Part shown: in pieces, positions 18,537-28,853 of the stretch | How positions within the stretch are numbered: position 1 is the stretch's first letter | Layout of the letters: the number at the start of each line of letters is the position of its first letter | Origin: Candidatus Omnitrophota bacterium | GTDB taxonomy: Bacteria > Omnitrophota > Gorgyraeia > Zapsychrales > Fredricksoniimonadaceae | Direction of reading: 5' to 3' | Length of the DNA stretch: 64,000 nt | Assembly: GCA_044225175.1 (NCBI GenBank) | Contig: JBGAJA010000002.1 | Location: 728,991-792,990 of the forward strand | Notes under the pieces: generated by a model | Told to the model about the DNA's origin: nothing | Databases searched by the model: none | What the model saw: only the letters and a program-made list of their open reading frames with translations | Translations under genes and position numbers: made by a program

Positions 18537-19868
18537 ATTCTTCAATAATAAACTCTGTTCTTTACGTTCAAATCTTCCGGATAACTTCTCTAAGTGTTTA
18601 CTGATAATTTTATATTCTTGCGATTCATGAATGGGAATATCTTCCTGTCCTAAATGTTCAATGGCGTTAATCACATCTTCTAGTCTAATATCATTGATCG
18701 TACGAGCAGGATGGTAGGCGAATATTTTATTATCATCGACGTAAATCTTACAAAGTAAGTTGGATTCGACTAAATCAAAAGTAACCTGTTGAGCTAAGCG
18801 GGCTGGAATATGCAAATGTTCGGCTATTTGTTGAATGGTACATGGTTTTTCTCCACGCTCAAAATCTTTGACACATCTGTATGTAATTAATAAGGCGACT
18901 AGTTTACGCAAAGATGGACTTGGTGTGATGTTTTCAGGCTCAAACTCGTAAGTTTTTAAATACTGCCTGGCAAAAGAAATTTCCGCACCAAAAAGAAGGA
19001 TCATCCAGCTTAGTTGAAGCCAGACTAAGAAGAGAGGAACTGCAGCTAGACTTCCATAAATAGCATTAGCGTTATTAATCCACACTTGAAAAATAATATA
19101 ACTCCATTGAGTTACTTGATAGAGGGTTCCTGCAATGAATCCTCCCCAAAGTGCAGAAATAAAGTTGACTTGAGTGTTGGGCATAAAAATATAAATGAAT
19201 GTGAACACCAGCCAAATGACGAGAAATGGAATAAAAAAGAAAGCAGCATAGATCAAAGGAACAAGGGGGCCTAAGTATGTAAAATTTTGTGCAATGCTAT
19301 GGACTTGGGTCGATATAAAAACAACAGCGCTGCCTGAACATACCAGAAGCAAAGGACAGATGAGAAATACAGCTAAATAATCACTTAATTTTCTAAGTAT
19401 TGGTTTTCCTTCTTTGATGCCCCAAATATCGTTGAAGGCTTCTTCGATTGTCGTTAATGTTTTAAAGACTCCCCAGAGTAAAAGAGCAAGGCCAATTCCT
19501 GCGAAAACTGTTCCATGGCTTTTTTCAACATACGCTTGAGCCATGTTAAAGATTGCATCAATGAGTTCTTTGTGGGTAGGGAGATTGTGATCAAGTTGTT
19601 CTTTAAGAGTCCCTTCCAGACCAAATCCTTTCATAAGTCCATAAAGCAATGTCATGGAAGGAACAAGTGCGAGGATAGAATAATACGTCATGGAAGCTGC
19701 CTGCAAACGGCTATGCTGCTGATCAAATTTACGCAAAGCCAGAAGAACAGTCTTTAACTGGCGCAACCCAAAGGATTTGAAGAAAGAGAATTTTTCTTCT
19801 GATGTCTTCCAGATATCTTTGGTGAGGAATTGATTTAAGTTTTTGAGTTTATTTTTGATCATAAGCAT
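18531..19868 (-). CDS. YihY/BrkB-family inner-membrane protein with C-terminal extension
   Basis: 445 aa. N-terminal pattern (FDQQHSRLQAASMTYYSILALVPSMTLLYGL) and multiple TM segments typical of the YihY/BrkB family. About 110-aa soluble C-terminal tail. Confidence 0.8.
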   Translation of the reverse strand: MLMIKNKLKNLNQFLTKDIWKTSEEKFSFFKSFGLRQLKTVLLALRKFDQQHSRLQAASMTYYSILALVPSMTLLYGLMKGFGLEGTLKEQLDHNLPTHKELIDAIFNMAQAYVEKSHGTVFAGIGLALLLWGVFKTLTTIEEAFNDIWGIKEGKPILRKLSDYLAVFLICPLLLVCSGSAVVFISTQVHSIAQNFTYLGPLVPLIYAAFFFIPFLVIWLVFTFIYIFMPNTQVNFISALWGGFIAGTLYQVTQWSYIIFQVWINNANAIYGSLAAVPLFLVWLQLSWMILLFGAEISFARQYLKTYEFEPENITPSPSLRKLVALLITYRCVKDFERGEKPCTIQQIAEHLHIPARLAQQVTFDLVESNLLCKIYVDDNKIFAYHPARTINDIRLEDVINAIEHLGQEDIPIHESQEYKIISKHLEKLSGRFERKEQSLLLKNL

Positions 19869-20032
19869 TTAAGAATATTCGGCATATTCATTTTAGCGTT
19901 TTTACATTAATTAAAGATTAAGAACGTGTTTAAAATCAAGAAACCGCTTTCTAAGGCCAGACTCGCCTGACCCGCCTGCCTGATTTGCATTTTAAGTATT
20001 TATATGCTTTACTTGATGTAATATTAAAGCCT

Positions 20033-23000
20033 ATGAGATCCCAAATTTCCTTATTTACGTTATTTTGTTTTTTGATGGCCAGCATTGTTGGCCCAGTTCC
20101 TATCTCATTTGCCTCATTTACCCAGGAAGTTCATTTGCCAAAACCTGGGGTAATGGTCCATTTAAGTGCCCCTGTAACTCCCCCTTTGCTTAAAGGAATC
20201 AAGGTTCATCTGGATAACCCATTTAGGTTCGATTTTATCCTGGATCCAGGGTACGGTTCCATCGCTGATGCACATAATTTAAGGCAAGAATCCAACCGTC
20301 TAATTAAGTACTTTTTAGCCTCTTTAACGGTCCCAGAAGCCGACCTATGGGTGAACCTAAGCCCCTATGAGAAGGACCGTATAGTACCAGAAAGTTTTGG
20401 CCAAACAGAGATGGGCCGAGACCTTTTAGTCCAAGACTACATGCTCAAACAGATCACAGCTAGTCTAATATACCCAGAAGATGAGGTAGGACGGCGGTTT
20501 TGGAAGAGAATATATGAAGAATCAGCCAAAAGGTATGGAACAACGAATATTCCAGTCAATACCTTCAACAAGGTGTGGATATTGCCTGAGAAGGCAGTAG
20601 TTTATGAGAACTCCAAAGCAGGAACCGCCTATGTGGTGGAGTCTAGGTTGAAGGTGATGTTGGAGGAAGATTACTTATCCATGGATAAAAACACATTGTC
20701 ATCCCTGCCTGTCCGGCAGGCAGGCCCGAAAGCTTCTGTCGAGGATCCAGGCATTAATGAACTAGATGCCCGACAAAAACATTCGGACATGACAAATAAA
20801 TTAGGTAGCCAAATAATCCGTGAAATCGTCATTCCGGAACTTACCAAAGAAATCAATGAAGGATCCAACTTTTCTCAGCTTAGGCAGGTTTATAGTTCTT
20901 TGATTCTGGCCACATGGTATAAGAAGAAAATTAAAGATAGCATCCTTGCTCAGGTGTATTCAGATAAAAATAAAGTCCAGGGGATAAACATCAATGATCC
21001 CCAAGAGAAAGATAAGATTTATCAGCAATATCTCCAGGCCTTCAAAAAAGGTGTCTACAATTACATCAAAGAAGAGAAGGATTTGTCAACTCAGCAACCT
21101 GTCTCTAGAAAGTATTTCTCTGGAGGCGCAGAACTTATTGATGTTGATGCTGCAATGACTATTTTGCATCATGTGAGTTCTGAACAATTAGGTCGCCAAG
21201 AAAATTTGATTGAAGTTTCTAGTCGTTTTGAAGCTATGAGACCAGAAGAAATAAGAAATACAGATCCAGCTATGCTAACTGAGCTAAAAAGTCCTGTGTG
21301 GGTTCATCATCAATTAACCTGGTTTTCCTTAAGTCATGTCAATGGTGTTTTAAGGTCGATTAATTATTTAGAGAAATCTCAGCAAGAATCTCATAGAGAT
21401 AACTATGAAAAGTATTTAGATAACATTAAGAAATTTGGAAAACTTTTTGATGCTTTAGCCTATGCTCCTGTGCGCATTGATACGGCCATTGAAAACCAAG
21501 GAGAATCCATCAATCAAGGAGCGGCTGAGATCATTTCCAATGCTATCGATGCTGTTTTAGAAAAGCAAGGTCATCCTGCTATTGGAAGATTTGGAGTAGG
21601 TTTTTATATGATTTTGTCGGAATTGGAACAAGAGGGAGATCGTGTTCAAGTGTTGACCAAAAATGGAAAGAATCAAACAAGATTTATTGAATTTATGAAA
21701 TATGATGATCAGGTCTTCGTTCGCTGGGAAATTCTTCCTAAAGAATCAGAGAAGGGAACAAAGGTTAGAGTCATTAAATCTTCTTTTAATAAAGAACGCA
21801 CAGAACAACTGATAGATTATTTAAAAGGTCGATTTGCTCGCAATACAAATCTTAATATCCAAATTGTTCATGCAGATGGAAGAAAAGAAATGATGAATGA
21901 AAGGAAAGGATTAATAGGCTTGGATAAAAGATCTATAGGCATCAAGTTTCCTCAAGAGAAAGTTGTGATGCGTTTTCTCAAAGATGGATATGAAATCCAA
22001 GATGATGGTAAAGGTATGGCAGACAAAGTGATCTTTGACAATTTTCTGATTCCCCGGGCAACAACCAAACCAATGCCGCAGGAAGAAGATCATGAAGTAA
22101 AAGTATTTTACAAACCTTCAACTAAAGAAAATCAGAAGACAATAAAGGCCAAGATCAACGTTCAAATCAACGGTCAAATCATCAGTTCATTTGAAAAGAC
22201 TGGATATAATCTTCCTGAAGAATTCTTGTTAGAGTTGTCGCCCTTAAGCTGGATTCCTGAATCCCGCAATAAAATACGTTTAACAAAAGAGCAGGTGATA
22301 TCTGTTATTGAACAAATTTTAGAGAAATCATCAGGACAGGAAAGGGCGCAGCTTCTCAACGCTTTTGCGTTGATTCTAAGAAAGATCCAAGATGAAGTTT
22401 CGACAGACATTATTCAGCTGGCTATTAATCAGGTGCGGCCTTGGATTAAAAGACAGAAAAGCCAGGGCAAGATTATTTTACCTAATGAACCAGGTTTTTT
22501 TGAATTTGATATGGATCAGAAAAATGCAATATATCTAAATCCAGTTTTATTTGATTTTAATCCTGCAGATGTCCCATCCATGCAGCATATTAAGGAGTAT
22601 GATTCGGAGTCGGTCATGCTATACGTTGCTGATTTTGATAGTAAGAGTAAATTGATTTCTTTTGAACATGAAGGATATGTGTTTATTAATAAGACATATT
22701 ATGAGGCCCATAAAGACAATGCGGCACCTATCGATTTATGGCTTGACTCCATCCGTACTGGATACAGGACTCATGGTGAGCCTCCCAAGAAAGGGTCATT
22801 TCATGCTTCTTCTAAGCTCTCCTTACCTTTAAAGAAAAAAACCATGGCCGATAAACTGTCTTTTAGTCATGCTCTCTTAGATGAAATTCGTAAGAGTCTC
22901 AGCGAATTCTTAAAATCAATGCCTCAAGATAATCGGTTAATCTGGATGTCTAAGTTAGAGCAATTGTGGAAGAATCTTTCTGATTCCCCTGGTTTTGATC

Positions 23001-26000
23001 TTAATCGTTTCATTAATGGTATTTTACGTTTTTCTAAGAATGAAGAACAACGTTCTTACAAAATTGAAAATTTAAAAAACACATCATGGGGTTCCGATCC
23101 AATAGTCGCCAATGGGTATGTTTATTTTTTAAAAAAGGGGACTTATGGAAAAGATCCGGTCATAGTAAAGATGGATACAAAAGGAAAAATTAAAGAAATA
23201 AAAGTTGATGGACTGCATTCAGATGGTTTCTTAGGGGTTACTTTAGACGGACTTTTAATATTCAGCCAGAACAGTCATCGTTCTAAGAGTTGGCGTGAAT
23301 TTGTTGATTTGGTTTTGGTTAAAGAAAATGGAAAGAAGAAAGTTTTAGAAGTAGGTGTCAATCATGAATTTCCTTTTGGGATCTTAGCAATGAATGGGCA
23401 TTCCTTATTTGGTGAGGAAATAGTTGTTACTAAAAAAGCGATTTATGCATCTGGCACTACAAATTCATTATATGACCCTATTGAGGATGGGCTTGTTAAG
23501 GTTGATTTTGAAGGTCATTCTGAATTCATCAACTTATCTCAATTAGGCTACACCCGTCCAGTGCCTTACCATTATGTTGATGGGCGTCTTTTTGTCTCGG
23601 TAGTCTCGAAAGATGAGAGACAATGCGTATTGATTATCAACGAATCTGGGAAAATATTGAAAGAAGTTCCTCTTACTGAAAAAATAAGAAGTGCAGTTTT
23701 TGGATCGCAATATCACAATAATGTGGTTGATTTACACGGTGATGTTTATTTTGCTTTAAGGGATACAGTTAAGAGATTGGATTCAAATGGAGAAATCAAA
23801 GATCTTAATTTTGGCAAAAGTTTCGATTTAGGTAAGGATTCTAAAATACCAGAGGAGGATGCCGCAATAGAAGACATTTTTGTCTACAAGCAAGAGGTCT
23901 ATGTTGCCCTTGGGCGAGGATTTTTAGAATATGGAGAAAAGCACCAGAAGTATCTTTTTAGACGATATGATTTTTATAAACTGGATGCTGCTGGAAATTT
24001 TGAAAAAATATGGTCAATAGAATTAAAGGAATTGACAAGAGTGTTGCCTACTCGAGCAGGAATGTTGATAGTCTACAATGATAGTCGAGAACTTTATGAT
24101 AAACTTGGAGTAATTGAGGAAATTGTAAATCATGAGGGGCGAGTTTCTTCTTTAGGTGTTCCGTATGAGGGGATACAAATAGATGTGATTACAAGGTTTT
24201 TAGAAGAACATTCTCGTTTTGTTCGGCAAAATCGGGATTTAACCAATCGTTTCTATGTAAATCTTGCTTATCAAAAAGATTTTAATCTCCTTCAATCTGA
24301 CCAAACGTTAACAGCTCTTTATTTTCTTCCAAAGAACATGCTCAAATATAGAAATGCCCAATTGATTAGAGACTTCAGTGCCTTTATTAAAGACAAAAGT
24401 TTCGATAATTTAAAACAATTTGCCTCTATTCTTCAGCGATTAGATGGTCGTATCAAATCGACTGTCGATGCTGAAGCTCTTTTAAAGCGATGGATTGACT
24501 TGTATGAATCTCTTCATAAAAGAAAGAGCGGTTTAGATAGTTTTTTTGAAATGATGAATGAATTTGGTCAATCTCTATTGGAAGAAGAAACACTTCCTGA
24601 ATTTGCCAAATATTTGTCACAAGATATTGTTTTATATGCGAAGTACCTGCGTGGTGAGCTGGAAGGTTTACTACAAGATAAGGAGTTATCATTTGAGATT
24701 CCCCAAAAGACGAATTTTACAATCCAAGATTTAGATGTTGCTAAGGTCAATATAGCCTATCGTTCTCTACCACAAATCAGGAACTATAAATCTTTAAAAA
24801 CATACGCAAATGCTTTGGGTGAATTATCTTCCAAAGCTGATTTGCGTAGCGCCGAAAGGGAGATTATTTCTGCCATATCAGGTCAGGACCGCTCAGATAA
24901 TATTTGGACACGAGAGCTCGTTCAAAATTCCCGGGATGCGATCAAAACCGCTAAAGGCCATCCAGTTTCCAAAAAGATCACAATTGATAATTTTGTTCGT
25001 AAAGGAACAAATGAATGGATAGTCAGGGTCAGTGATTCTGTGGGGATGGATTTACCCACGCTGATTGGTCCTCTTTTTGTTGTAGGAGAGAGTACGAAGA
25101 TTGATGTTCTTTTGGCCGGTTTTTTTGGAGAGGGGTTTTATACGATATTTGCAGAATATGACAGGGTGAATATTAAAACCAGCGATGGAAATGGAAAAAC
25201 ATACTATTTAACAATTGGTAAGAACACAAGAGGTCTGCCTGTTATCCAACAGATGAGCGAAACAAATGAGCAGTTTAAGGGGACAATCATTGAGCGAGTG
25301 GTTCGGTTCGAGAAAGACAGGCCAAATTTAGAATCGATTTTTGTAGTCCAAGATTTGATTCGTTATGTGGGGGCAATTCAAGGAGTAGACATTATTTATA
25401 ATGGAAAGAAAATCAATGAAGATTTGGAGATTATGGCTCGTGTAACAACTCCTTTTAAAGGAGATATTTCTCTATCTATAACAAGCGCGTCGGGTCATCG
25501 TCGCATTACTCAAGAAGGGCTTTATATAGAACACCTTGAAAAGTGGATTCTTAAATATGTTCCAGGGAAATACCGGTATTTATTGACATTGCGTGGTCTA
25601 AATATAGACCTTCCCAGAGGTGTTCCTGTGACACGAGCGAGAATTGGTATTGCCATGGCTGAGAAGTATCGTGAAACCATTCAGCGTTACGTGGCCAGGG
25701 CTGCTTTGCAGGCGGTCGTGCGAAATTATATTCGCCATGGAGTTATGGTTCCTGGTGTTTCGGATGATTATTTTTCTTATGAAAAGGGTGATTATTCTAT
25801 ATCAAAAGATATTTATAGGGATGCTCAACTTATAAATGAGAACCAAATGCAAGGAATTGATTTTTCCCGATATGTCATTACTGATAATGATAGCGAGAGT
25901 GAGAAGGTAAGAAAAAATCGTAATCTCGAATATTTGGTGACATTAATTGAAGTTGAAGAAAAAGGTAAAATTTTGAGCCTTCAATCTATCAGAGAAGAAT

Positions 26001-26992
26001 TATGGAGGAAAAAGGATGAGTTCATTCGTAGTTTGGAAAAGAAATTAGAGTTCTCACAGGCTTTTCTAGATGATATGACGCTTGGGAATGCTTTAAGAAA
26101 ATCAAAAGAGAAGAAAAGTCTTAGAATAGATATTCCTGATAGCGTGGTAGGCCAGATAAAGTCGTTAGGTCTGTATAAATTTTTGTTAGATCAAATGGTT
26201 GGTTTGGTTGCTGAGAAACCCGTCACAATTAAGTTTTATTATGACGAAGATGACCCTGCGAAGGCGTATTTCGTGAGGCGCTCAAATCAGATGTATTGGA
26301 ACTTATTTTGTAATTTGGATGATATTAAAGTGTTTATCGATATTTTGAATAATAAAGAAAATAAAACTGGTGCATTTTCATTCTTTAAAGATACGTTAAA
26401 TTTGGTGACTCATGAATTGGCTCATCAAGATGAACCTGATGGTCCAACGCATCAACAAGAACAAATTGATGATAGTAAGAAAAAAGAATTGCCTCATTGG
26501 GTAGATGATGAGGAGTTGGAAGCGATCGCTGGAACATTTGCCTATCGTCAAAGATTGGTTATGGCAGACTATCTGTATGCATTAGAGAAAGGAAATTGGC
26601 AACAGCTTATTTCGGCATTACCTAAAGGGTTGATTAAGCAAACAAAAAATATTAAAGATTTGCGCTTCTTTATTAATTCATCAAAGAAACGTACAGCCAC
26701 AGAGGTAACAGAAGAAGATGAGGCAATGAATACACCATCCAAGAACAGCGCGCTAACTGTTAATACTCCAATTATAGCTGGGAGTACAAATACAGGTGGA
26801 ATTGATTTTACCACCAATAAAATTCCTTTGGACATTCAAAATAGACGAGAAAGTATAAAATTTCATCTCGATCCTGCTATGCTCTATCAACTCCAAGACG
26901 CCCCTGGTTTCGCACCCGTGATTATTAGCATGCAACCTATGACAAATGTAAGGAATTTCTTGGGCATTAGTGATCCTTCCTTGAATAATTGA
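20033..26992 (+). CDS. Giant secreted multidomain protein (about 2.3k aa) with two GHKL (Hsp90/sacsin-type) ATPase-like modules and a C-terminal HExxH motif
   Basis: Signal-peptide-like N-terminus MRSQISLFTLFCFLMASIVGPVPISFASF; ATG at 20033 is preferred to the TTG at 19985. Module 1 about 21520-21610: EIISNAIDAV followed by GRFGVGFYM (Bergerat N-box and G2-box, Hsp90/sacsin-like). Module 2 about 24910-25150: ELVQNSRDAI, SDSVGMDL (G1-like), GFFGEGFYTIF (G2). HELAH at 26411-26425. Confidence 0.85.
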   Translation: MRSQISLFTLFCFLMASIVGPVPISFASFTQEVHLPKPGVMVHLSAPVTPPLLKGIKVHLDNPFRFDFILDPGYGSIADAHNLRQESNRLIKYFLASLTVPEADLWVNLSPYEKDRIVPESFGQTEMGRDLLVQDYMLKQITASLIYPEDEVGRRFWKRIYEESAKRYGTTNIPVNTFNKVWILPEKAVVYENSKAGTAYVVESRLKVMLEEDYLSMDKNTLSSLPVRQAGPKASVEDPGINELDARQKHSDMTNKLGSQIIREIVIPELTKEINEGSNFSQLRQVYSSLILATWYKKKIKDSILAQVYSDKNKVQGININDPQEKDKIYQQYLQAFKKGVYNYIKEEKDLSTQQPVSRKYFSGGAELIDVDAAMTILHHVSSEQLGRQENLIEVSSRFEAMRPEEIRNTDPAMLTELKSPVWVHHQLTWFSLSHVNGVLRSINYLEKSQQESHRDNYEKYLDNIKKFGKLFDALAYAPVRIDTAIENQGESINQGAAEIISNAIDAVLEKQGHPAIGRFGVGFYMILSELEQEGDRVQVLTKNGKNQTRFIEFMKYDDQVFVRWEILPKESEKGTKVRVIKSSFNKERTEQLIDYLKGRFARNTNLNIQIVHADGRKEMMNERKGLIGLDKRSIGIKFPQEKVVMRFLKDGYEIQDDGKGMADKVIFDNFLIPRATTKPMPQEEDHEVKVFYKPSTKENQKTIKAKINVQINGQIISSFEKTGYNLPEEFLLELSPLSWIPESRNKIRLTKEQVISVIEQILEKSSGQERAQLLNAFALILRKIQDEVSTDIIQLAINQVRPWIKRQKSQGKIILPNEPGFFEFDMDQKNAIYLNPVLFDFNPADVPSMQHIKEYDSESVMLYVADFDSKSKLISFEHEGYVFINKTYYEAHKDNAAPIDLWLDSIRTGYRTHGEPPKKGSFHASSKLSLPLKKKTMADKLSFSHALLDEIRKSLSEFLKSMPQDNRLIWMSKLEQLWKNLSDSPGFDLNRFINGILRFSKNEEQRSYKIENLKNTSWGSDPIVANGYVYFLKKGTYGKDPVIVKMDTKGKIKEIKVDGLHSDGFLGVTLDGLLIFSQNSHRSKSWREFVDLVLVKENGKKKVLEVGVNHEFPFGILAMNGHSLFGEEIVVTKKAIYASGTTNSLYDPIEDGLVKVDFEGHSEFINLSQLGYTRPVPYHYVDGRLFVSVVSKDERQCVLIINESGKILKEVPLTEKIRSAVFGSQYHNNVVDLHGDVYFALRDTVKRLDSNGEIKDLNFGKSFDLGKDSKIPEEDAAIEDIFVYKQEVYVALGRGFLEYGEKHQKYLFRRYDFYKLDAAGNFEKIWSIELKELTRVLPTRAGMLIVYNDSRELYDKLGVIEEIVNHEGRVSSLGVPYEGIQIDVITRFLEEHSRFVRQNRDLTNRFYVNLAYQKDFNLLQSDQTLTALYFLPKNMLKYRNAQLIRDFSAFIKDKSFDNLKQFASILQRLDGRIKSTVDAEALLKRWIDLYESLHKRKSGLDSFFEMMNEFGQSLLEEETLPEFAKYLSQDIVLYAKYLRGELEGLLQDKELSFEIPQKTNFTIQDLDVAKVNIAYRSLPQIRNYKSLKTYANALGELSSKADLRSAEREIISAISGQDRSDNIWTRELVQNSRDAIKTAKGHPVSKKITIDNFVRKGTNEWIVRVSDSVGMDLPTLIGPLFVVGESTKIDVLLAGFFGEGFYTIFAEYDRVNIKTSDGNGKTYYLTIGKNTRGLPVIQQMSETNEQFKGTIIERVVRFEKDRPNLESIFVVQDLIRYVGAIQGVDIIYNGKKINEDLEIMARVTTPFKGDISLSITSASGHRRITQEGLYIEHLEKWILKYVPGKYRYLLTLRGLNIDLPRGVPVTRARIGIAMAEKYRETIQRYVARAALQAVVRNYIRHGVMVPGVSDDYFSYEKGDYSISKDIYRDAQLINENQMQGIDFSRYVITDNDSESEKVRKNRNLEYLVTLIEVEEKGKILSLQSIREELWRKKDEFIRSLEKKLEFSQAFLDDMTLGNALRKSKEKKSLRIDIPDSVVGQIKSLGLYKFLLDQMVGLVAEKPVTIKFYYDEDDPAKAYFVRRSNQMYWNLFCNLDDIKVFIDILNNKENKTGAFSFFKDTLNLVTHELAHQDEPDGPTHQQEQIDDSKKKELPHWVDDEELEAIAGTFAYRQRLVMADYLYALEKGNWQQLISALPKGLIKQTKNIKDLRFFINSSKKRTATEVTEEDEAMNTPSKNSALTVNTPIIAGSTNTGGIDFTTNKIPLDIQNRRESIKFHLDPAMLYQLQDAPGFAPVIISMQPMTNVRNFLGISDPSLNN

Positions 26993-27031
26993 TCCCTTAA
27001 TACAACCTTAATAATTGTTTCTTTTTCTTTA

Positions 27032-27060
27032 TTGACAGTGGAGTGGTGCTTGTTTATACT
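27032..27060 (+). promoter_or_regulatory. Sigma70-type promoter of the dcw operon (Pmra)
   Basis: TTGACA (27032-27037), 17-nt spacer, TATACT (27055-27060); about 60 nt upstream of the mraZ start. Confidence 0.7.
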
Positions 27061-27093
27061 TGCGATTAAGTGGAGTATGGTGGAGCAAAGTGG
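27038..27093 (+). promoter_or_regulatory. Putative MraZ operator: GTGGAG direct repeats at 10-bp phasing
   Basis: GTGGAG at 27038, 27070 and 27080, plus GTGG at 27090, all in phase (10-bp or 32-bp spacing), overlapping or just downstream of the -10 element. Resembles MraZ-box arrays (TGGGN or AAAGTGG-type repeats) described upstream of mraZ in other bacteria. Confidence 0.5.
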
Positions 27094-27122
27094 TTTAGCT
27101 CTAACTAAAGGAAGAAACTGTC

Positions 27123-27563
27123 ATGTTTTATGGTGAATATAATCATGGAATCGACAATAAAGGTCGATTGATTTTGCCTTCTCGCTTTCGAGAGGTTGCT
27201 AAAGAATACGGGGTTGAGAAGTATTTTGTCACCCGTGGACTTGATCGCTGTATTTTTATGTTTAGTGACCAGCAATGGAAAACAGAAGAGCAAAAATTTA
27301 AAAATTTGTCATTTACAAAACAAGAAGCGAGACATTTTAATCGTTTATTCTTCTCAGGTGCGGTGGAAGTAACTCCTGATCGACAGGGCCGATTTGTTCT
27401 TCCTCAGTATTTAAAAGACTTTGCGGGCATCAAAAAGGATGCAGTTGTGATCGGGATTTCAAATCGTATTGAAATTTGGCAGACTCAAGCCTGGCAGGAG
27501 TTTTTCGCAAGAACGAGTGTAGATTTCGAGAAGACTGCAGAACATATGATGAATTTGGATTAA
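27123..27563 (+). CDS. mraZ: Transcriptional regulator MraZ
   Basis: 146 aa; duplicated DxxxR motifs (IDNKGRLILP, PDRQGRFVLP). Confidence 0.95.
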   Translation: MFYGEYNHGIDNKGRLILPSRFREVAKEYGVEKYFVTRGLDRCIFMFSDQQWKTEEQKFKNLSFTKQEARHFNRLFFSGAVEVTPDRQGRFVLPQYLKDFAGIKKDAVVIGISNRIEIWQTQAWQEFFARTSVDFEKTAEHMMNLD

Positions 27564-27567
27564 GAGG

Positions 27568-28458
27568 TTGGTAATGCATGTTTCAGTGATGCCCAAAGAA
27601 GTGATGGACTTATTAGAGATAAGGCCAGGGCTCACAGTTGTTGATGGGACCTTGGGGATGGGTGGACATTCAGCTTTGATCGCTGAAAAACTAGCTTCTC
27701 AAGGGCATTTAATAGGAATTGATAAAGATCATTCATCTTTAACGGAAGCTAAGAGACGTCTGGGAACCTTTGATGTACGGATTGATTTGTTGCAGGGCTC
27801 ATTCCATGATGTCAGTCGTCTCTTAGCTGAAGTTAAAATTAAGTTAGTTGATCGAGTTTTGTTAGATTTAGGAATTTCTAGTTTTCAATTAGATCAGCCA
27901 GAGCGTGGGTTTAGCTTTCTTCATGATGGGCCGTTAGATATGCGTATGGACCAAACACAAGGTCCATCAGCGGCAGACTTAGTCAATACTTTAAAAGAAG
28001 AAGAATTAGCTCGAATTATTTATGAATATGGCGAGGATCGACTTTCGAGGCGTATTGCTAAAGCAATTGTGTGGCGTCGAAGTGAGCAAAAAATTCTTAC
28101 AACAGCACAATTAGCTAAAGCTGTCTTAAGTGCTATGCCAGCGGGCCATACCCGCAGTCGTATTCATCCAGCAACAAGGACTTTTCAGGCGTTGCGCATT
28201 GAAGTCAATGGAGAGTTGGAGGTCTTAAAGCAAGCACTGCGTAATTGGTTTGAAGTGCTAAAGCCACAAGGAAGAATGTGCATTATTTCTTTTCATTCCC
28301 TTGAGGACCGTATTGTCAAAAATACATTTAAAGTGTTTGCTCAAGAAGAGCAGGGAAATATTTTAACCAAGAGACCGTTGGAAGCTTCTGAGGAAGAATG
28401 TGCTAATAATCCCAGAGCAAGAAGTGCCAAATTAAGGTGTATTGAAAGGATTGCATGA
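27568..28458 (+). CDS. rsmH: 16S rRNA (cytosine1402-N4)-methyltransferase
   Basis: HxPVM-type N-terminus (HVSVMPKEV), DGTLGMGGHS SAM motif, FHSLEDRIVK. Confidence 0.95.
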   Translation: MVMHVSVMPKEVMDLLEIRPGLTVVDGTLGMGGHSALIAEKLASQGHLIGIDKDHSSLTEAKRRLGTFDVRIDLLQGSFHDVSRLLAEVKIKLVDRVLLDLGISSFQLDQPERGFSFLHDGPLDMRMDQTQGPSAADLVNTLKEEELARIIYEYGEDRLSRRIAKAIVWRRSEQKILTTAQLAKAVLSAMPAGHTRSRIHPATRTFQALRIEVNGELEVLKQALRNWFEVLKPQGRMCIISFHSLEDRIVKNTFKVFAQEEQGNILTKRPLEASEEECANNPRARSAKLRCIERIA

Positions 28459-28838
28459 GTTTAAAAGTTTGGGTTAAATTATTATTCTCAGTAACAATAA
28501 TTGCCCTTATTTATATTCATATGCAAACACAAATCTTCCATTTGGCTTATCAAGGCAAAGATAAAGAAGCACGTATGCATGAATTGAGAGATCGAAACGG
28601 AGTTCTGACCCACCAAATCCTTTCGTTAAAATCCTCTAATCATCTAGGGGCTCAGCTTCTAGAGAGAAATGGTCATCTTCAGTTTATGGATAATAACCAG
28701 GTCTTGACACTCACAGGACCAGTGGCGAAGAAGAATCAGAAGGCACTCTTTGAAGCCAAAAATAAAAATGAAAATTCAATGTGGAATTTTTTGTCTTTCT
28801 TAACTCCCCAGGAAGCCAAAGCTTGGGATCGGGAATAA
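28455..28838 (+). CDS. ftsL: Cell division protein FtsL-like (bitopic)
   Basis: 127 aa; single N-terminal TM followed by a coiled-coil-like region; conserved position between rsmH and ftsI. Confidence 0.6.
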   Translation: MSLKVWVKLLFSVTIIALIYIHMQTQIFHLAYQGKDKEARMHELRDRNGVLTHQILSLKSSNHLGAQLLERNGHLQFMDNNQVLTLTGPVAKKNQKALFEAKNKNENSMWNFLSFLTPQEAKAWDRE

Positions 28839-28853
28839 GGGATAGAGGTAAAA

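Noticed and set aside
19985-20032. TTG start for the giant GHKL protein given in the ORF track
   Set aside because: An in-frame ATG at 20033 begins a typical signal peptide (MRSQISLFTLFCFLMASIVG...). The upstream 16 codons are more likely 5' UTR.
26700-26992. C-terminal Ser/Thr/Asn-rich tail of the giant GHKL protein as a T9SS CTD or sortase signal
   Set aside because: There is no recognisable LPXTG, CTD-beta-sandwich signature or terminal hydrophobic anchor. It is left as low-complexity tail.
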